Below, piece after piece: positions 26,777 through 42,800 of a stretch of 64,000 bases of DNA. Source of the stretch: the human T2T-CHM13v2.0 reference genome, Homo sapiens; assembly GCF_009914755.1 (NCBI RefSeq), contig NC_060925.1, one strand, 5' to 3'. The first letter of the stretch is position 1. Each line of letters opens with the position of its first letter. The notes beneath the pieces were generated by a model. It was not told where the DNA came from, did no database searches, and was given only the letters and a program-made list of their open reading frames with translations. Both the position numbers and the translations under genes were made by a program.

Positions 26777-29700
26777 ATGAAATTGAAATGGATGGACTCA
26801 TCATCGAATGGATTCGAATGGAATCATCGAATAAAATTGATTGAAATCATCATCGAATGGAATCGAATGGTATCATTGAATGGAATCGAATGGAATCATC
26901 ATCAGATGGAAATGAATGGAATCGTCATAGAATGGAATCGAATGGATTCATTGAATAGAAACAGATGGAATCATCGAATGGACTGGAATGGAATCATTGA
27001 ATGGACTCGAAAGGGATCATTATTGAATGGAATTGAATGGAATCATCGAATGGTCTCGATTGGAATCATTATCAAATGGAATCGAATGGAATCACCGAAT
27101 AGAATCGAATGGAACAATCATCGAATGGACTCAAATGGAATTATCCTCAAATGGAATCGAATGGAATTATCGAATGCAATCGAATGGAATTATCAAATGC
27201 AATCGAATAGAATCATCGAAAGGACTCGAATGGAATCATCGAATGGAATGGAATGGAACAGTCAATGAACTCGAATGGAATCATCATTGAATGGAATCGA
27301 ATGGAATCATCGAGTGGAATCGAATGGAATTATGATCAAATGGAATCGAATGTAATCATCATCAAATGGAATCAAAAATAACCATCATCAATTGGTATTG
27401 AATGGAATTGTCATCAAATGGAATTCAAAGGAATCATCATCAAATGGAACCGAATGGAATCCTCATTGAATGGAAATGAAAGGGGTCATCATCTAATGGA
27501 ATCGCATGGAATCATCATCAAATGGAATCGAATGGAATCATCATCAAATGGAATCTAATGGAATCATTGAAAAGAATTGAATGGAATCATCATCGAATGA
27601 ATTGAATGCAATCATCGAATGGTCTCGAATGGAATCATCTTCTAATGGAAAGGAATGGAATCATCGCATAGAATCGAATGGAATTATCATCGAATGGAAT
27701 CGAATGGTATCAACACCAAACGGAAAAAAACGGAATTATCGAATGGAATCGAAGAGAATCTTCGAACGGACCCGAATGGAATCATCTAATGGAATGGAAT
27801 GGAATAATCCATGGACTCGAATGCAATCATCATCGAATGGAATCGAATGGAATCATCGAATGGACTCGAATGGAATAATCATTGAACGGAATCGAATGGA
27901 ATCATCATCGGATGGAAACGAATGGAATCATCATCGAATGGAAATGAAAGGAGTCATCATCTAATGGAATTGCATGGAATCATCATAAAATGGAATCGAA
28001 TGGAATCAACATCAAATGGAATCAAATGGAATCATTGAACGGAATTGAATGGAATCGTCATCGAATGAATTGAATGCAATCATCGAATGGTCTCGAATGG
28101 AATCATCTTCAAATGGAATGGAATGGAATCATCGTATAGAATCGAATGGAGTTATCATCGAATGGAATCGAATGGAATCAACATCAAACGGAAAAAAACG
28201 GAATTATCGAATGGAATCGAAGAGAATCATCGAATGGAGCCGAATGGAATCATCTAATGGAATGGAATGGAATAATCCATGGACTCGAATGCAATCATCA
28301 TCGAATGGAATCGAATGGAATCATCGAATGGACTCGAATGGAATAATCATTGAACGGAATCGAATGGAATCATCATCGGATGGAAATGAAAGGAGTCATC
28401 ATCTAATGGAATTGCATGGAATCATCATAAAATGGAATCGAATGGAATCAACCTCAAATGGAGTCAAATGGAATCATTGAACGGAATTGAATGGAATCGT
28501 CATCGAATGAATTGAATGCAATCATCGAATGGTCTCGAATGGAATCATCTTCAAATGGAATGGAATGGAATCATCGCATAGAATCGAATGGAATTATCAT
28601 CGAATGGAATCGAATGGAATCAACATCAAACGGAAAAAAACGGAATTATCGAATGGAATCGAAGAGAATCATCGAATGGAGCCGAATGGAATCATCTAAT
28701 GGAATGGAATGGAATAACCCATGGACTCGAATGCAATCATCATCGAATGGAATCGAATGGAATCATCGAATGGACTCGAATGGAATAATCATTGAACGGA
28801 ATCGAATGGAATCATCATCGGATGGAATTGAATGGAATCATCATCGAATGGAATCGAATAGAATTATGGAATGAAATCCAGTGTGATCATCATCGAATGG
28901 ACCCGAATGGAATCATCATCCAACGGAAGCTAATGGAATCAACATCGAATGAATCAAATGGAAACACCATCGAATTGAAACGAATGGAATTACCATGAAA
29001 TTGAAATGGATGGACTCATCATCGAATGGATTCGAATGGAATCATCGAATAAAATTGATTGAAATCATCATCGAATGGAATCGAATGGTATCATTGAATG
29101 GAATCGAATGGAATCATCATCTGATGGAAATGAATGGAATCGTCATAGAATGGAATTGAATGGATTCATTGGATGGAATCAGATGGAATCATCGAATGGA
29201 CTGGAATGGAATCATTGAATGGACTCGAAAGGGATCATTATTGAATGGAATTGAATGGAATCATCGAATGGTCTCGATTGGAATAATTATCAAATGGAAT
29301 CGAATGGAATCACCGAATAGAATCGAATGGAACAATCATCGAATGGACTCAAATGGAATTATCCTCAAATGGAATCGAATGGAATTATCGAATGCAATAG
29401 AATGGAATTATCGAATGCAATCGAATAGAATCATCGAATGGACTCGAATGGAATCATCGAATGGAATGGAATGGAACAGTCAATGAACTCGAATGGAATC
29501 ATCATTGAATGGAATCGAATGGAATCATCGAGTGGAATCGAATGGAATCATCATCAAATGGAATCAAAAATAACCATCATCAAATGGAATCAAAAATAAC
29601 CATCATCAATTGGTATTGAATGGAATTCTCATCAAATGGAATTCAAAGGAATCATCATCAAATGGAACCGAATGGAATCCTCATTGAATGGAAATGAAAG

Positions 29701-32700
29701 GGGTCATCATCTAATGGAATCGCATGGAATCATCATAAAATGGAATCGAATGGAATCAACATCAAATGGAATCAAATGGAATCATTGAACGGAATTGAAT
29801 GGAATCGTCATCGAATGAATTGAATGCAATCATCGAATGGTCTCGAATGGAATCATCTTCAAATGGAATGGAATGGAATCATCGCATAGAATCGAATGGA
29901 ATTATCATCGAATGGAATCGAATGGAATCAACATCAAACGGAAAAAAACGGAATTATCGAATGGAATCGAAGAGAATCATCGAATGGACCCGAATGGAAT
30001 CATCTAATGGAATGGAATGGAATAATCCATGGACTCGAATGCAATCATCATCGAATGGAATCGAATGGAATCATTGAATGGACTCGAATGGAATAATCAT
30101 TGAACGGAATCGAATGGAATCATCATCGGATGGAAACGAATGGAATCATCATCGAATGGAATCAAATAGAATTATGGAATGAAATCCAGTGTGATCATCA
30201 TCGAATGGACCCGAATGGAATCATCATCCAACGGAAGCTAATGGAATCAACATCGAATGAATCAAATGGAAACACCATCGAATGGAAACGAATGGAATTA
30301 CCATGAAATTGAAATGGATGGACTCATCATCAAATGGATTCGAATGGAATCATCGAATAAAATTGATTGAAATCATCATCGAATGGAATCGAATGGTATC
30401 ATTGAATGGAATCGAATGGAATCATCATCAGATGGAAATGAATGGAATCGTCATAGAATGGAATCGAATGGATTCATTGAATGGAATCAGATGGAATCAT
30501 TGAATGGACTGGAATGGAATCATTGAATGGACTCGAAAGGGATCATTATTGAATGGAATTGAATGGAATCATCGAATGGTCTCGATTGGAATCATTATCA
30601 AATGGAATCGAATGGAATCACCGAATAGAATCGAATGGAACAATCATCGAATGGACTCAAATGGAATTATCCTCCAATGGAATCGAATGGAATTATCGAA
30701 TGCAATCGAATGGAATTATCGAATGCAATCGAATAGAATCATCGAATGGACTCGAATGGAATCATCGAATGGAATGGAATGGAACAGTCAACGAACTCGA
30801 ATGGAATCATCATTGAATGGAATCGAATGGAATCATCGAGTGGAATCGAAAGGAATTATGACCAAATGTAATCGAATGTAATCATCATCAAATGGAATCA
30901 AAAATAACCATCATCAATTGGTATTGAATGGAATTGTCATCAAATGGAATTCAAAGGAATCATCATCAAATGGAACCGAATGGAATCCTCATTGAATGGA
31001 AATGAAAGGGGTCATCATCTAATGGAATCGCATGGAATCATCATCAAATGGAATCGAATGGAATCATCATCAAATGGAATCAAATGGAATCATTGAACAG
31101 AATTGAATGGAATGGTCAATGAATGAGTTGAATGCAATCATCGAATGGTCTCGAATGAAATCATCTTCTAATGGAAAGGAATGGAATCATCGCATAGAAT
31201 CGAATGGAATTATCATCGAATGGAATCGAATGGTATCAACACCAAACGGAACAAAACGGAATTATCGAATGGAATCGAAGAGAATCTTCGAACGGACCCG
31301 AATGGAATCATCTAATGGAATGGAATGGAATAATCCATGGACTCGAATGCAATCATCATCGAATGGAATCGAATGGAATCATCGAATGGACTCGAATGGA
31401 ATAATCATTGAACGGAATCGAATGGAATCATCATCGGATGGAAACGAATGGAATCATCATCGAATGGAAATGAAAGGAGTCATCATCTAATGGAATTGCA
31501 TTTAATCATCATAAAATGGAATCGAATGGAATCAACATCAAATGGAATCAAATGGAATCATTCAACGGAATTGAATGGAATCGTCATCGAATGAATTGAA
31601 TGCAATCATCGAATGGTCTCGAATGGAATCATCTTCAAATGGAATGGAATGGAATCATCGCATAGAATCGAATGGAATTATCATCGAATGGAATCGAATG
31701 GAATCAACATCAAACGGAAAAAAACGGAATTATCGAATGGAATCGAAGAGAATCATCGAATGGACCCGAATGGAATCATCTAATGGAATGGAATGGAATA
31801 ATCCATGGACTCGAATGCAATCATCATCGAATGGAATCGAATGGAATCATCGAATGGACTCGAATGGAATAATCATTGAACGGAATCGAATGGAATCATC
31901 ATCGGATGGAAATGAAAGGAGTCATCATCTAATGGAATTGCATGGAATCATCATAAAATGGAATCGAATGGAATCAACATCAAATGGAATCAAATGGAAT
32001 CATTGAACGGAATTGAATGGAATCGTCATCGAATGAATTGAATGCAATCATCGAATGGTCTCGAATGGAATCATCTTCAAATGGAATGGAATGGAATCAT
32101 CGCATAGAATCGAATGGAATTATCATCGAATGGAATCGAATGGAATCAACATCAAACGGAAAAAAACGGAATTATCGAATGGAATCGAAGAGAATCATCG
32201 AATGGACCCGAATGGAATCATCTAATGGAATGGAATGGAATAATCCATGGACTCGAATGCAATCATCATCGAATGGAATCGAATGGAATCATCGAATGGA
32301 CTCGAATGGAATAATCATTGAACGGAATCGAATGGAATCATCATCGGATGGAAATGAATGGAATCATCATCGAATGGAATCGAATAGAATTATGGAATGA
32401 AATCCAGTGTGATCATCATCGAATGGACCCGAATGGAATCATCATCCAACGGAAGCTAATGGAATCAACATCGAATGAATCAAATGGAAACACCATCGAA
32501 TTGAAACGAATGGAATTACCATGAAATTGAAATGGATGGACTCATCATCGAATGGATTCGAATGGAATCATCGAATAAAATTGATTGAAATCATCATCGA
32601 ATGGAATCGAATGGTATCATTGAATGGAATCGAATGGAATCATCATCAGATGGAAATGAATGGAATCGTCATAGAATGGAATCAAATGGATTCATTGAAT

Positions 32701-33828
32701 GGAATCAGATGGAATCATCGAATGGACTGGAATGGAATCATTGAATGGACTCGAAAGGGATCATTATTGAATGGAATTGAATGGAATCATCGAATGGTCT
32801 CGATTGGAATCATTATCAAATGGAATCGAATGGAATCACCGAATAGAATCGAATGGAACAATCATCGAATGGACTCAAATGGAATTATCCTCCAATGGAA
32901 TCGAATGGAATTATCGAATGCAATCGAATGGAATTATCGAATGCAATCGAATAGAATCATCGAATGGACTCGAATGGAATCATCGAATGGAGTGGAATGG
33001 AACAGTCAATGAACTCGAATGGAATCATCATTGAATGGAATCGAATGGAATCATCGAGTGGAATCGAATGGAATTATGATCAAATGGAATCGAATGTAAT
33101 CATCATCAAATGGAATCAAAAATAACCATCATCAATTGGTATTGAATGGAATTCTCATCAAATGGAATTCAAAGGAATCATCATCAAATGGAACCGAATG
33201 GAATCCTCATTGAATGCAAATGAAAGGGGTCATCATCTAATGGAATCGCATGGAATCATCATCAAATTGAATCGAATGGAATCATCATCAAATGGAATCT
33301 AATGGAATCATTGAACAGAATTGAATGGAATCGTCATCGAATGAATTGAATGCAATCATCGAATGGTCTCGAATGGAATCATCTTCTAATGGAAAGGAAT
33401 GGAATCATCGCATAGAAACGAATGGAATTATCATCGAATGGAATCGAATGGTATCAACACCAAACGGAAAAAAACGGAATTATCGAATGGAATCGAAGAG
33501 AATCTTCGAACGGACCCGAATGGAATCATCTAATGGAATGGAATGGAATAATCCATGGACTCGAATGCAATAATCATCGAATGGAATCCAATGGAATCAT
33601 CGAATGGACTCGAATGGAATAATCATTGAACGGAATCGAATGGAATCATCATCGGATGGAAATGAATGGAATCATCATCGAATGGAATCGAATAGAATTA
33701 TGGAATGAAATCCAGTGTGATCATCATCGAATGGACCCGAATGGAATCATCATCCATCGGAAGCAAATGGAATCAACATCGAATGAATCGAATGGAAACA
33801 CCATCGATTTGAAACGAATGGAATTATC
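26777..33828. repeat. Alternating 2218/1308 units (3526-bp structural period x2)
   Basis: Anchors at 26777, 28995, 30303, 32521 and 33829. The two periods differ in private SNPs and in the 1308 junction type, so a simple duplication is uncertain. Confidence 0.6.
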
Positions 33829-36800
33829 ATGAAATTGAATTGAATGGACTCATCATCGAATGGATTCGAATGGAATCATCGAATAAAATTGATTGAAATC
33901 ATCATCGAATGGAATCGAATGGTATCATTGAATGGAATCGAATGGAATCATCATCAGATGGAAATGAAAGGAACCGTCATAGAATGGAATCGAATGGATT
34001 CATTGAATGGAATCAGATGGAATCATTGAATGGACTGGAATGGAATCATTGAATGGACTCGAAAGGGATCATTATTGAATGGAATTGAATGGAATCATCG
34101 AATGGTCTCGATTGGAATCATTATCAAATGGAATCGAATGGAATCACCGAATAGAATCGAATGGAACAATCATCGAATGGACTCAAATGGAATTATCCTC
34201 AAATGGAATTGAATGGAATTATCGAATGCAATCGAATGGAATTATCGAATGCAATCGAATAGAATCATCGAATGGACTCGAATGGAATCATCGAATGGAA
34301 TGGAATGGAACAGTCAATGAACTCGAATGGAATCATCATTGAATGGAATCGAATGGAATCATCGAGTGGAATCGAATGTAATCATCATCAAATGGAATCA
34401 AAAATAACCATCATCAAATGGAATCAAAAATAACAATCATCAATTGGTATTGAATGGAATTCTCATCAAATGGAATTCAAAGGAATCATCATCAAATGGA
34501 ACCGAATGGAATCCTCATTGAATGGAAATGAAAGGGGTCATCATCTAATGGAATCGCATGGAATCATCATCAAATGGAATCGAATGGAATCATCATCAAA
34601 TGGAATCTAATGGAATCATTGAAAAGAATTGAATGGAATCGTCATCGAATGAATTGAATGCAATCATCGAATGGTCTCGAATGGAATCATCTTCTAATGG
34701 AAAGGAATGGAATCATCGCATAGAATCGAATGGAATTAACATCGAATGGAATCGAATGGAATCAACATCAAATGGAATCAAGCGGAATTATCGAATGAAA
34801 TCGAAGAGAATCATCGAATGGACTCGAATGGAATCATCTAATGGAATGGAATGGAATAATCCACGGACTCGAATGCAATCATCATCGTATAGAATCGAAT
34901 GGAATCATCGAATGGACTCGAATGGAATAACCATTGAACGGAATCGAATGGAATCATCATCGGATGGAAACGAATGGAATCATCATCGAATGGAAATGAA
35001 AGGAGTCATCATCTAATGGAATTGCATGGAATCATCATAAAATGGAATCGAATGGAATCATCATCAAATGGAATCAAGTGGAAGCATTGAACGGAATTGA
35101 ATGGAATCGTCATCGAATGAATTGAATGCAATCATCGAATGGTCTCGAATGGAATCATCTTCAAATGGAATGGAATGGAATCATCGCATAGAATCGAATG
35201 GAATTATCATCGAATGGAATCGAATGGTATCAACATCAAACGGAAAAAAACGGAATTACCGAATGGAATCGAAGAGAATCTTCGAACGGACCCGAATGGA
35301 ATCATCTAATGGAATGGAATGGAATAATCCATGGACTCGAATGCAATCATCATCGAATGGAATCGAATGGAATCATTGAATGGACTCGAATGGAATAATC
35401 ATTGAACGGAATCGAATGGAATCATCATCGGATGGAAATGAATGGAATCCTCATCGAATGGAATCGAATAGAATTATGGAATGAAATCCAGTGTGATCAT
35501 CATCGAATGGACCCGAATGGAATCATCATCCAACGGAAGCTAATGGAATCAACATCGAATGAATCGAATGGAAACACCATCGAATTGAAACGAATGGAAT
35601 TATCATGAAATTGAAATGGATGGACCCATCATCGAATGGATTCGAATGGAATCATCGAATAAAATTGATTGAAATCATCATCAAATGGAATCGAATGGTG
35701 TCATTGAATGGGATCGAATGGAATCATCGTCAGATGGAAATGAATGGAATCGTCATAGAATGGAATCGAATGGATTCATTGAATGGAATCAGATGGAATC
35801 ATCGAATGGACTGGAATGGAATCATTGAATGGACACGAATGGAATCATTATTGAATGGAATTGAATGGAATCATCGAATGGTCTCGATTGGAATCATTAT
35901 CAAATGGAATCGAATGGAATCACCGAATAGAATCGAATGGAACAATCATCGAATGGACACAAATGGAATTATCCTCAAATGGAATCGAATGGAATTATCG
36001 AATGCAATCGAATGGAATTATCGAATGCAATCGAATAGAATCATCAAATGGACTCGAATGGAATCATCGAATGGAATGGAATGGAACAGTCAATGAACTC
36101 GAATGGAATCATCATTGAATGGAATCGAATGGAATCATCGAGTGGAATCGAATGGAATTATGATCAAATGGAATCGAATGTAATCCTCATCAAATGGAAT
36201 CAAAAATAACCATCATCAATTGGTATTGAATGGAATTGTCATCAAATGGAATTCAAAGGAATCATCATCAAATGGAACCGAATGGAATCCTCATTGAATG
36301 GAAATGAAAGTGGTCATCATCTAATGGAATCGCATGGAATCATCATCAAATGGAATCGAGTGGAATCATCATCAAATGGAATCTAAGGGAATCATTGAAC
36401 AGAATTGAATGGAATCCTCATCGAATGAATTGAATGCAATCATCGAATGGTCTCGAATGGAATCATCTTCAAATGGAAAGGAATGGAATCATCGCATAGA
36501 ATCGAATGGAATTATCATCGAATGGAATCCAATGGTATCAACATCAAACGGAAAAAAACGGAATTATGGAATGGAATCGAAGAGAATCTTCGAACGGACA
36601 CGAATGGAATCATCTAATGGAATGGAATGGAATAATCCATGGACTCGAATGCAATCATGATCAAATGGAATCGAATGGAATCATCGAATGGACTCGAATG
36701 GAATAATCATTGAACGGAATCGAATGGAATCATCATCGGATGGAAACGAATGGAATCATCATCGAATGGAAATGAAAGGAGTCATCATCTAATGGAATTG

Positions 36801-39800
36801 CATGGAATCATCATAAAATGGAATCGAAGGGAATCAACATCAAATGGAATCAAATGGAATCATTGAACGGAATTGAATGGAATCGTCATCGAATGAATTG
36901 ACTGCAATCATCGAATGGTCTCGAATGGAATCATCTTCAAATGGAATGGAATGGAATCATCGCATAGAATCGAATGGAATTATCATCGAATGGATTCGAA
37001 TGGAATCAACATCAAACGGAAAAAAACGGAATTATCGAATGGAATCGAAGGGAATCATCGAATGGACCCGAATGGAATCATCTAATGGAATGGAATGGAA
37101 TAATCCATGGACTCGAATGCAATCATCATCGAATGGAATCGAATGGAATCATCGAATGGACTCGAATGGAATAATCATTGAACGGAATCGAATGGAATCA
37201 TCATCGGATGGAAATGAATGGAATCATCATCGAATGGAATCGAATAGAATTATGGAATGAAATCCAGTGTGATCATCATCGAATGGACAAGAATGGAATC
37301 ATCATCCAACGGAAGCTAATGGAATCAACATCGAATGAATCAAATGGAAACACCATCGAATTGAAACGAATGGAATTACCATGAAATTGAAATGGATGGA
37401 CTCATCATCGAATGGATTCGAATGGAATCATCGAATAAAATTGATTGAAATCATCATCGAATGGAATCGAATGGTATCATTGAATGGAATCGAATGGAAT
37501 CATCATCAGATGGAAATGAATGGAATCGTCATAGAATGGAATCGAATGGATTCATTGAATGGAATCAGATGGAATCATCGAATGGACTGGAATGGAATCA
37601 TTGAATGGACTCGAAAGGGATCATTATTGAATGGAATTGAATGGAATCATCGAATGGTCTCGATTGGAATCATTATCAAATGGAATCGAATGGAATCACC
37701 GAATAGAATCGAATGGAACAATCATCGAATGGACTCAAATGGAATTATCCTCCAATGGAATCGAATGGAATTATCGAATGCAATCGAATGGAATTATCGA
37801 ATGCAATCGAATAGAATCATCGAATGGACTCGAATGGAATCATCGAATGGAGTGGAATGGAACAGTCAATGAACTCGAATGGAATCATCATTGAATGGAA
37901 TCGAATGGAATCATCGAGTGGAATCGAATGGAATTATGATCAAATGGAATCGAATGTAATCATCATCAAATGGAATCAAAAATAACCATCATCAATTGGT
38001 ATTGAATGGAATTCTCATCAAATGGAATTCAAAGGAATCATCATCAAATGGAACCGAATGGAATCCTCATTGAATGGAAATGATAGGGGTCATCATCTAA
38101 TGGAATCGCATGGAATCATCATCAAATTGAATCGAATGGAATCATCATCAAATGGAATCTAATGGAATCATTGAACAGAATTGAATGGAATCGTCATCGA
38201 ATGAATTGAATGCAATCATCGAATGGTCTCGAATGGAATCATCTTCTAATGGAAAGGAATGGAATCATCGCATAGAAACGAATGGAATTATCATCGAATG
38301 GAATCGAATGGTATCAACACCAAACGGAAAAAAACGGAATTATCGAATGGAATCGAAGAGAATCTTCGAACGGACCCGAATGGAATCATCTAATGGAATG
38401 GAATGGAATAATCCATGGACTCGAATGCAATGATCATCGAATGGAATCCAATGGAATCATCGAATGGACTCGAATGGAATAATCATTGAACGGAATCGAA
38501 TGGAATCATCATCGGATGGAAACGAATGGAATCATCATCGAATGGAATCGAATAGAATTATGGAATGAAATCCAGTGTGATCATCATCGAATGGACCCGA
38601 ATGGAATCATCATCCAACGGAAGCTAATGGAATCAACATCGAATGAATCAAATGGAAACACCATCGAATTGAAACGAATGGAATTACCATGAAATTGAAA
38701 TGGATGGACTCATCATCAAATGGATTCGAATGGAATCATCGAATAAAATTGATTGAAATCATCATCGAATGGAATCGAATGGTATCATTGAATGGAATCG
38801 AATGGAATCATCATCAGATGGAAATGAATGGAATCGTCATAGAATGGAATCGAATGGATTCATTGAATGGAATCAGATGGAATCATTGAATGGACTGGAA
38901 TGGAATCATTGAATGGACTCGAAAGGGATCATTATTGAATGGAATTGAATGGAATCATCGAATGGTCTCGATTGGAATCATTATCAAATGGAATCGAATG
39001 GAATCACCGAATAGAATCGAATGGAACAATCATCGAATGGACACAAATGGAATTATCCTCAAATGGAATCGAATGGAATTATCGAATGCAATCGAATGGA
39101 ATTATCGAATGCAATCGAATAGAATCATCGAATGGACTCGAATGGAATCATCGAATGGAATGGAATGGAACAGTCAATGAACTCGAATGGAATCATCATT
39201 GAATGGAATCGAATGGAATCATCGAGTGGAATCGAATGGAATTATGATCAAATGGAATCGAATGTAATCCTCATCAAATGGAATCAAAAATAACCATCAT
39301 CAATTGGTATTGAATGGAATTGTCATCAAATGGAATTCAAAGGAATCATCATCAAATGGAACCGAATGGAATCCTCATTGAATGGAAATGAAAGTGGTCA
39401 TCATCTAATGGAATCGCATGGAATCATCATCAAATGGAATCGAGTGGAATCATCATCAAATGGAATCTAAGGGAATCATTGAACAGAATTGAATGGAATC
39501 CTCATCGAATGAATTGAATGCAATCATCGAATGGTCTCGAATGGAATCATCTTCAAATGGAAAGGAATGGAATCATCGCATAGAATCGAATGGAATTATC
39601 ATCGAATGGAATCCAATGGTATCAACATCAAACGGAAAAAAACGGAATTATGGAATGGAATCGAAGAGAATCTTCGAACGGACCCGAATGGAATCATCTA
39701 ATGGAATGGAATGGAATAATCCATGGACTCGAATGCAATCATGATCAAATGGAATCGAATGGAATCATCGAATGGACTCGAATGGAATAATCATTGAACG

Positions 39801-42800
39801 GAATCGAATGGAATCATCATCGGATGGAAACGAATGGAATCATCATCGAATGGAAATGAAAGGAGTCATCATCTAATGGAATTGCATGGAATCATCATAA
39901 AATGGAATCGAAGGGAATCAACATCAAATGGAATCAAATGGAATCATTGAACGGAATTGAATGGAATCGTCATCGAATGAATTGACTGCAATCATCGAAT
40001 GGTCTCGAATGGAATCATCTTCAAATGGAATGGAATGGAATCATCGCATAGAATCGAATGGAATTATCATCGAATGGATTCGAATGGAATCAACATCAAA
40101 CGGAAAAAAACGGAATTATCGAATGGAATCGAAGGGAATCATCGAATGGACCCGAATGGAATCATCTAATGGAATGGAATGGAATAATCCATGGACTCGA
40201 ATGCAATGATCATCGAATGGAATCCAATGGAATCATCGAATGGACTCGAATGGAATAATCATTGAACGGAATCGAATGGAATCATCATCGGATGGAAACG
40301 AATGGAATCATCATCGAATGGAATCGAATAGAATTATGGAATGAAATCCAGTGTGATCATCATCGAATGGACCCGAATGGAATCATCATCCAACGGAAGC
40401 TAATGGAATCAACATCGAATGAATCAAATGGAAACACCATCGAATTGAAACGAATGGAATTACCATGAAATTGAAATGGATGGACTCATCATCAAATGGA
40501 TTCGAATGGAATCATCGAATAAAATTGATTGAAATCATCATCGAATGGAATCGAATGGTATCATTGAATGGAATCGAATGGAATCATCAACAGATGGAAA
40601 TGAATGGAATCGTCATAGAATGGAATCGAATGGATTCATTGAATGGAATCAGATGGAATCATTGAATGGACTGGAATGGAATCATTGAATGGACTCGAAA
40701 GGGATCATTATTGAATGGAATTGAATGGAATCATCGAATGGTCTCGATTGGAATCATTATCAAATGGAATCGAATGGAATCACCGAATAGAATCGAATGG
40801 AACAATCATCGAATGGACTCAAATGGAATTATCCTCCAATGGAATCGAATGGAATTATCGAATGCAATCGAATGGAATTATCGAATGCAATCGAATAGAA
40901 TCATCGAATGGACTCGAATGGAATCATCGAATGGAATGGAATGGAACAGTCAATGAACTCGAATGGAATCATCATTGAATGGAATCGAATGGAATCATCG
41001 AGTGGAATCGAAAGGAATTATGACCAAATGGAATCGAATGTAATCATCATCAAATGGAATCAAAAATAACCATCATGAATTGGTATTGAATGGAATTGTC
41101 ATCAAATGGAATTCAAAGGAATCATCATCAAATGGAACCGAATGGAATCCTCATTGAATGGAAATGAAAGGGGTTATCATCTAATGGAATCGCATGGAAT
41201 CATCATCAAATGGAATCGAATGGAATCATCATCAAATGGAATCTAATGGAATCATTGAAAAGAATTGAATGGAATCGTCATCGAATGAATTGAATGCAAT
41301 CATCGAATGGTCTCGAATGGAATCATCTTCTAATGGAAAGGAATGGAATCATCACATAGAATCGAATGGAATTATCATCGAATGGAATCGAATGGTATCA
41401 ACACCAAACGGAAAAAAACGGAATTATCGAATGGAATCGAAGAGAATCTTCGAACGGACCCGAATGGAATCATCTAATGGAATGGAATGGAATAATCCAT
41501 GGACTCGAATGCAATCATCATCGAATGGAATCGAATGGAATCATCGAATGGACTCGAATGGAATAATCATTGAACGGAATCGAATGGAATCATCATCGGA
41601 TGGAAACGAATGGAATCATCATCGAATGGAAATGAAAGGAGTCATCATCTAATGGAATTGCATGGAATCATCATCAAATGGAAACGAATGGAATCAACAT
41701 CAAATGGAATCAAATGGAATCATTGAACGGAATTGAATGGAATCGTCATCGAATGAATTGACTGCAATCATCGAATGGTCTCGAATGGAATCATCTTCAA
41801 ATGGAATGGAATGGAATCATCGCATAGAATCGAATGGAATTATCATCGAATGGAATCGAATGGAATCAACATCAAACGGAAAAAAACGGAATTATCGAAT
41901 GGAATCGAAGAGAATCATCGAATGGACCCGAATGGAATCATCTAATGGAATGGAATGGAATAATCCATGGACTCGAATGCAATCATCACCGAATGGAATC
42001 GAATGGAATCATCGAATGGACTCGAATGGAATAATCATTGAACGGAATCGAATGGAATCATCATCGGATGGAAATGAAAGGAGTCATCATCTAATGGAAT
42101 TGCATGGAATCATCATAAAATGGAATCGAATGGAATCAACATCAAATGGAATCAAATGGAATCATTGAACGGAATTGAATGGAATCGTCATCGAATGAAT
42201 TGAATGCAATCATCGAATGGTCTCGAATGGAATCATCTTCAAATGGAATGGAATGGAATGGAATCATCGCATAGAATCGAATGGAATTATCATCGAATGG
42301 AATCGAATGGAATCAACATCAAACGGAAAAATACGGAATTATCGAATGGAATCGAAGAGAATCATCGAATGGACCCGAATGGAATCATCTAATGGAATGG
42401 AATGGAATAATCCATGGACTCGAATGCAATCATCATCGAATGGAATCGAATGGAATCATCGAATGGACTCGTATGGAATAATCATTGAACGGAATCAAAT
42501 GGAATCGTCATCGGATGGAAATGAATGGAATCATCATCGAATGGAATCGAATAGAATTATGGAATGAAATCCAGTGTGATCATCATCGAATGGACCCGAA
42601 TGGAATCATCATCCAACGGAAGCTAATGGAATCAACATCGAATGAATCGAATGGAAACGCCATCGAATTGAAACGAATGGAATTACAATGAAATTGAAAT
42701 GGATGGACTCATCATCGAATGGATTCCAATGGAATCATCGAATAAAATTGATTGAAATCATCATCGAATGGTATCGAATGGTATCATTGAATGGAATCGA

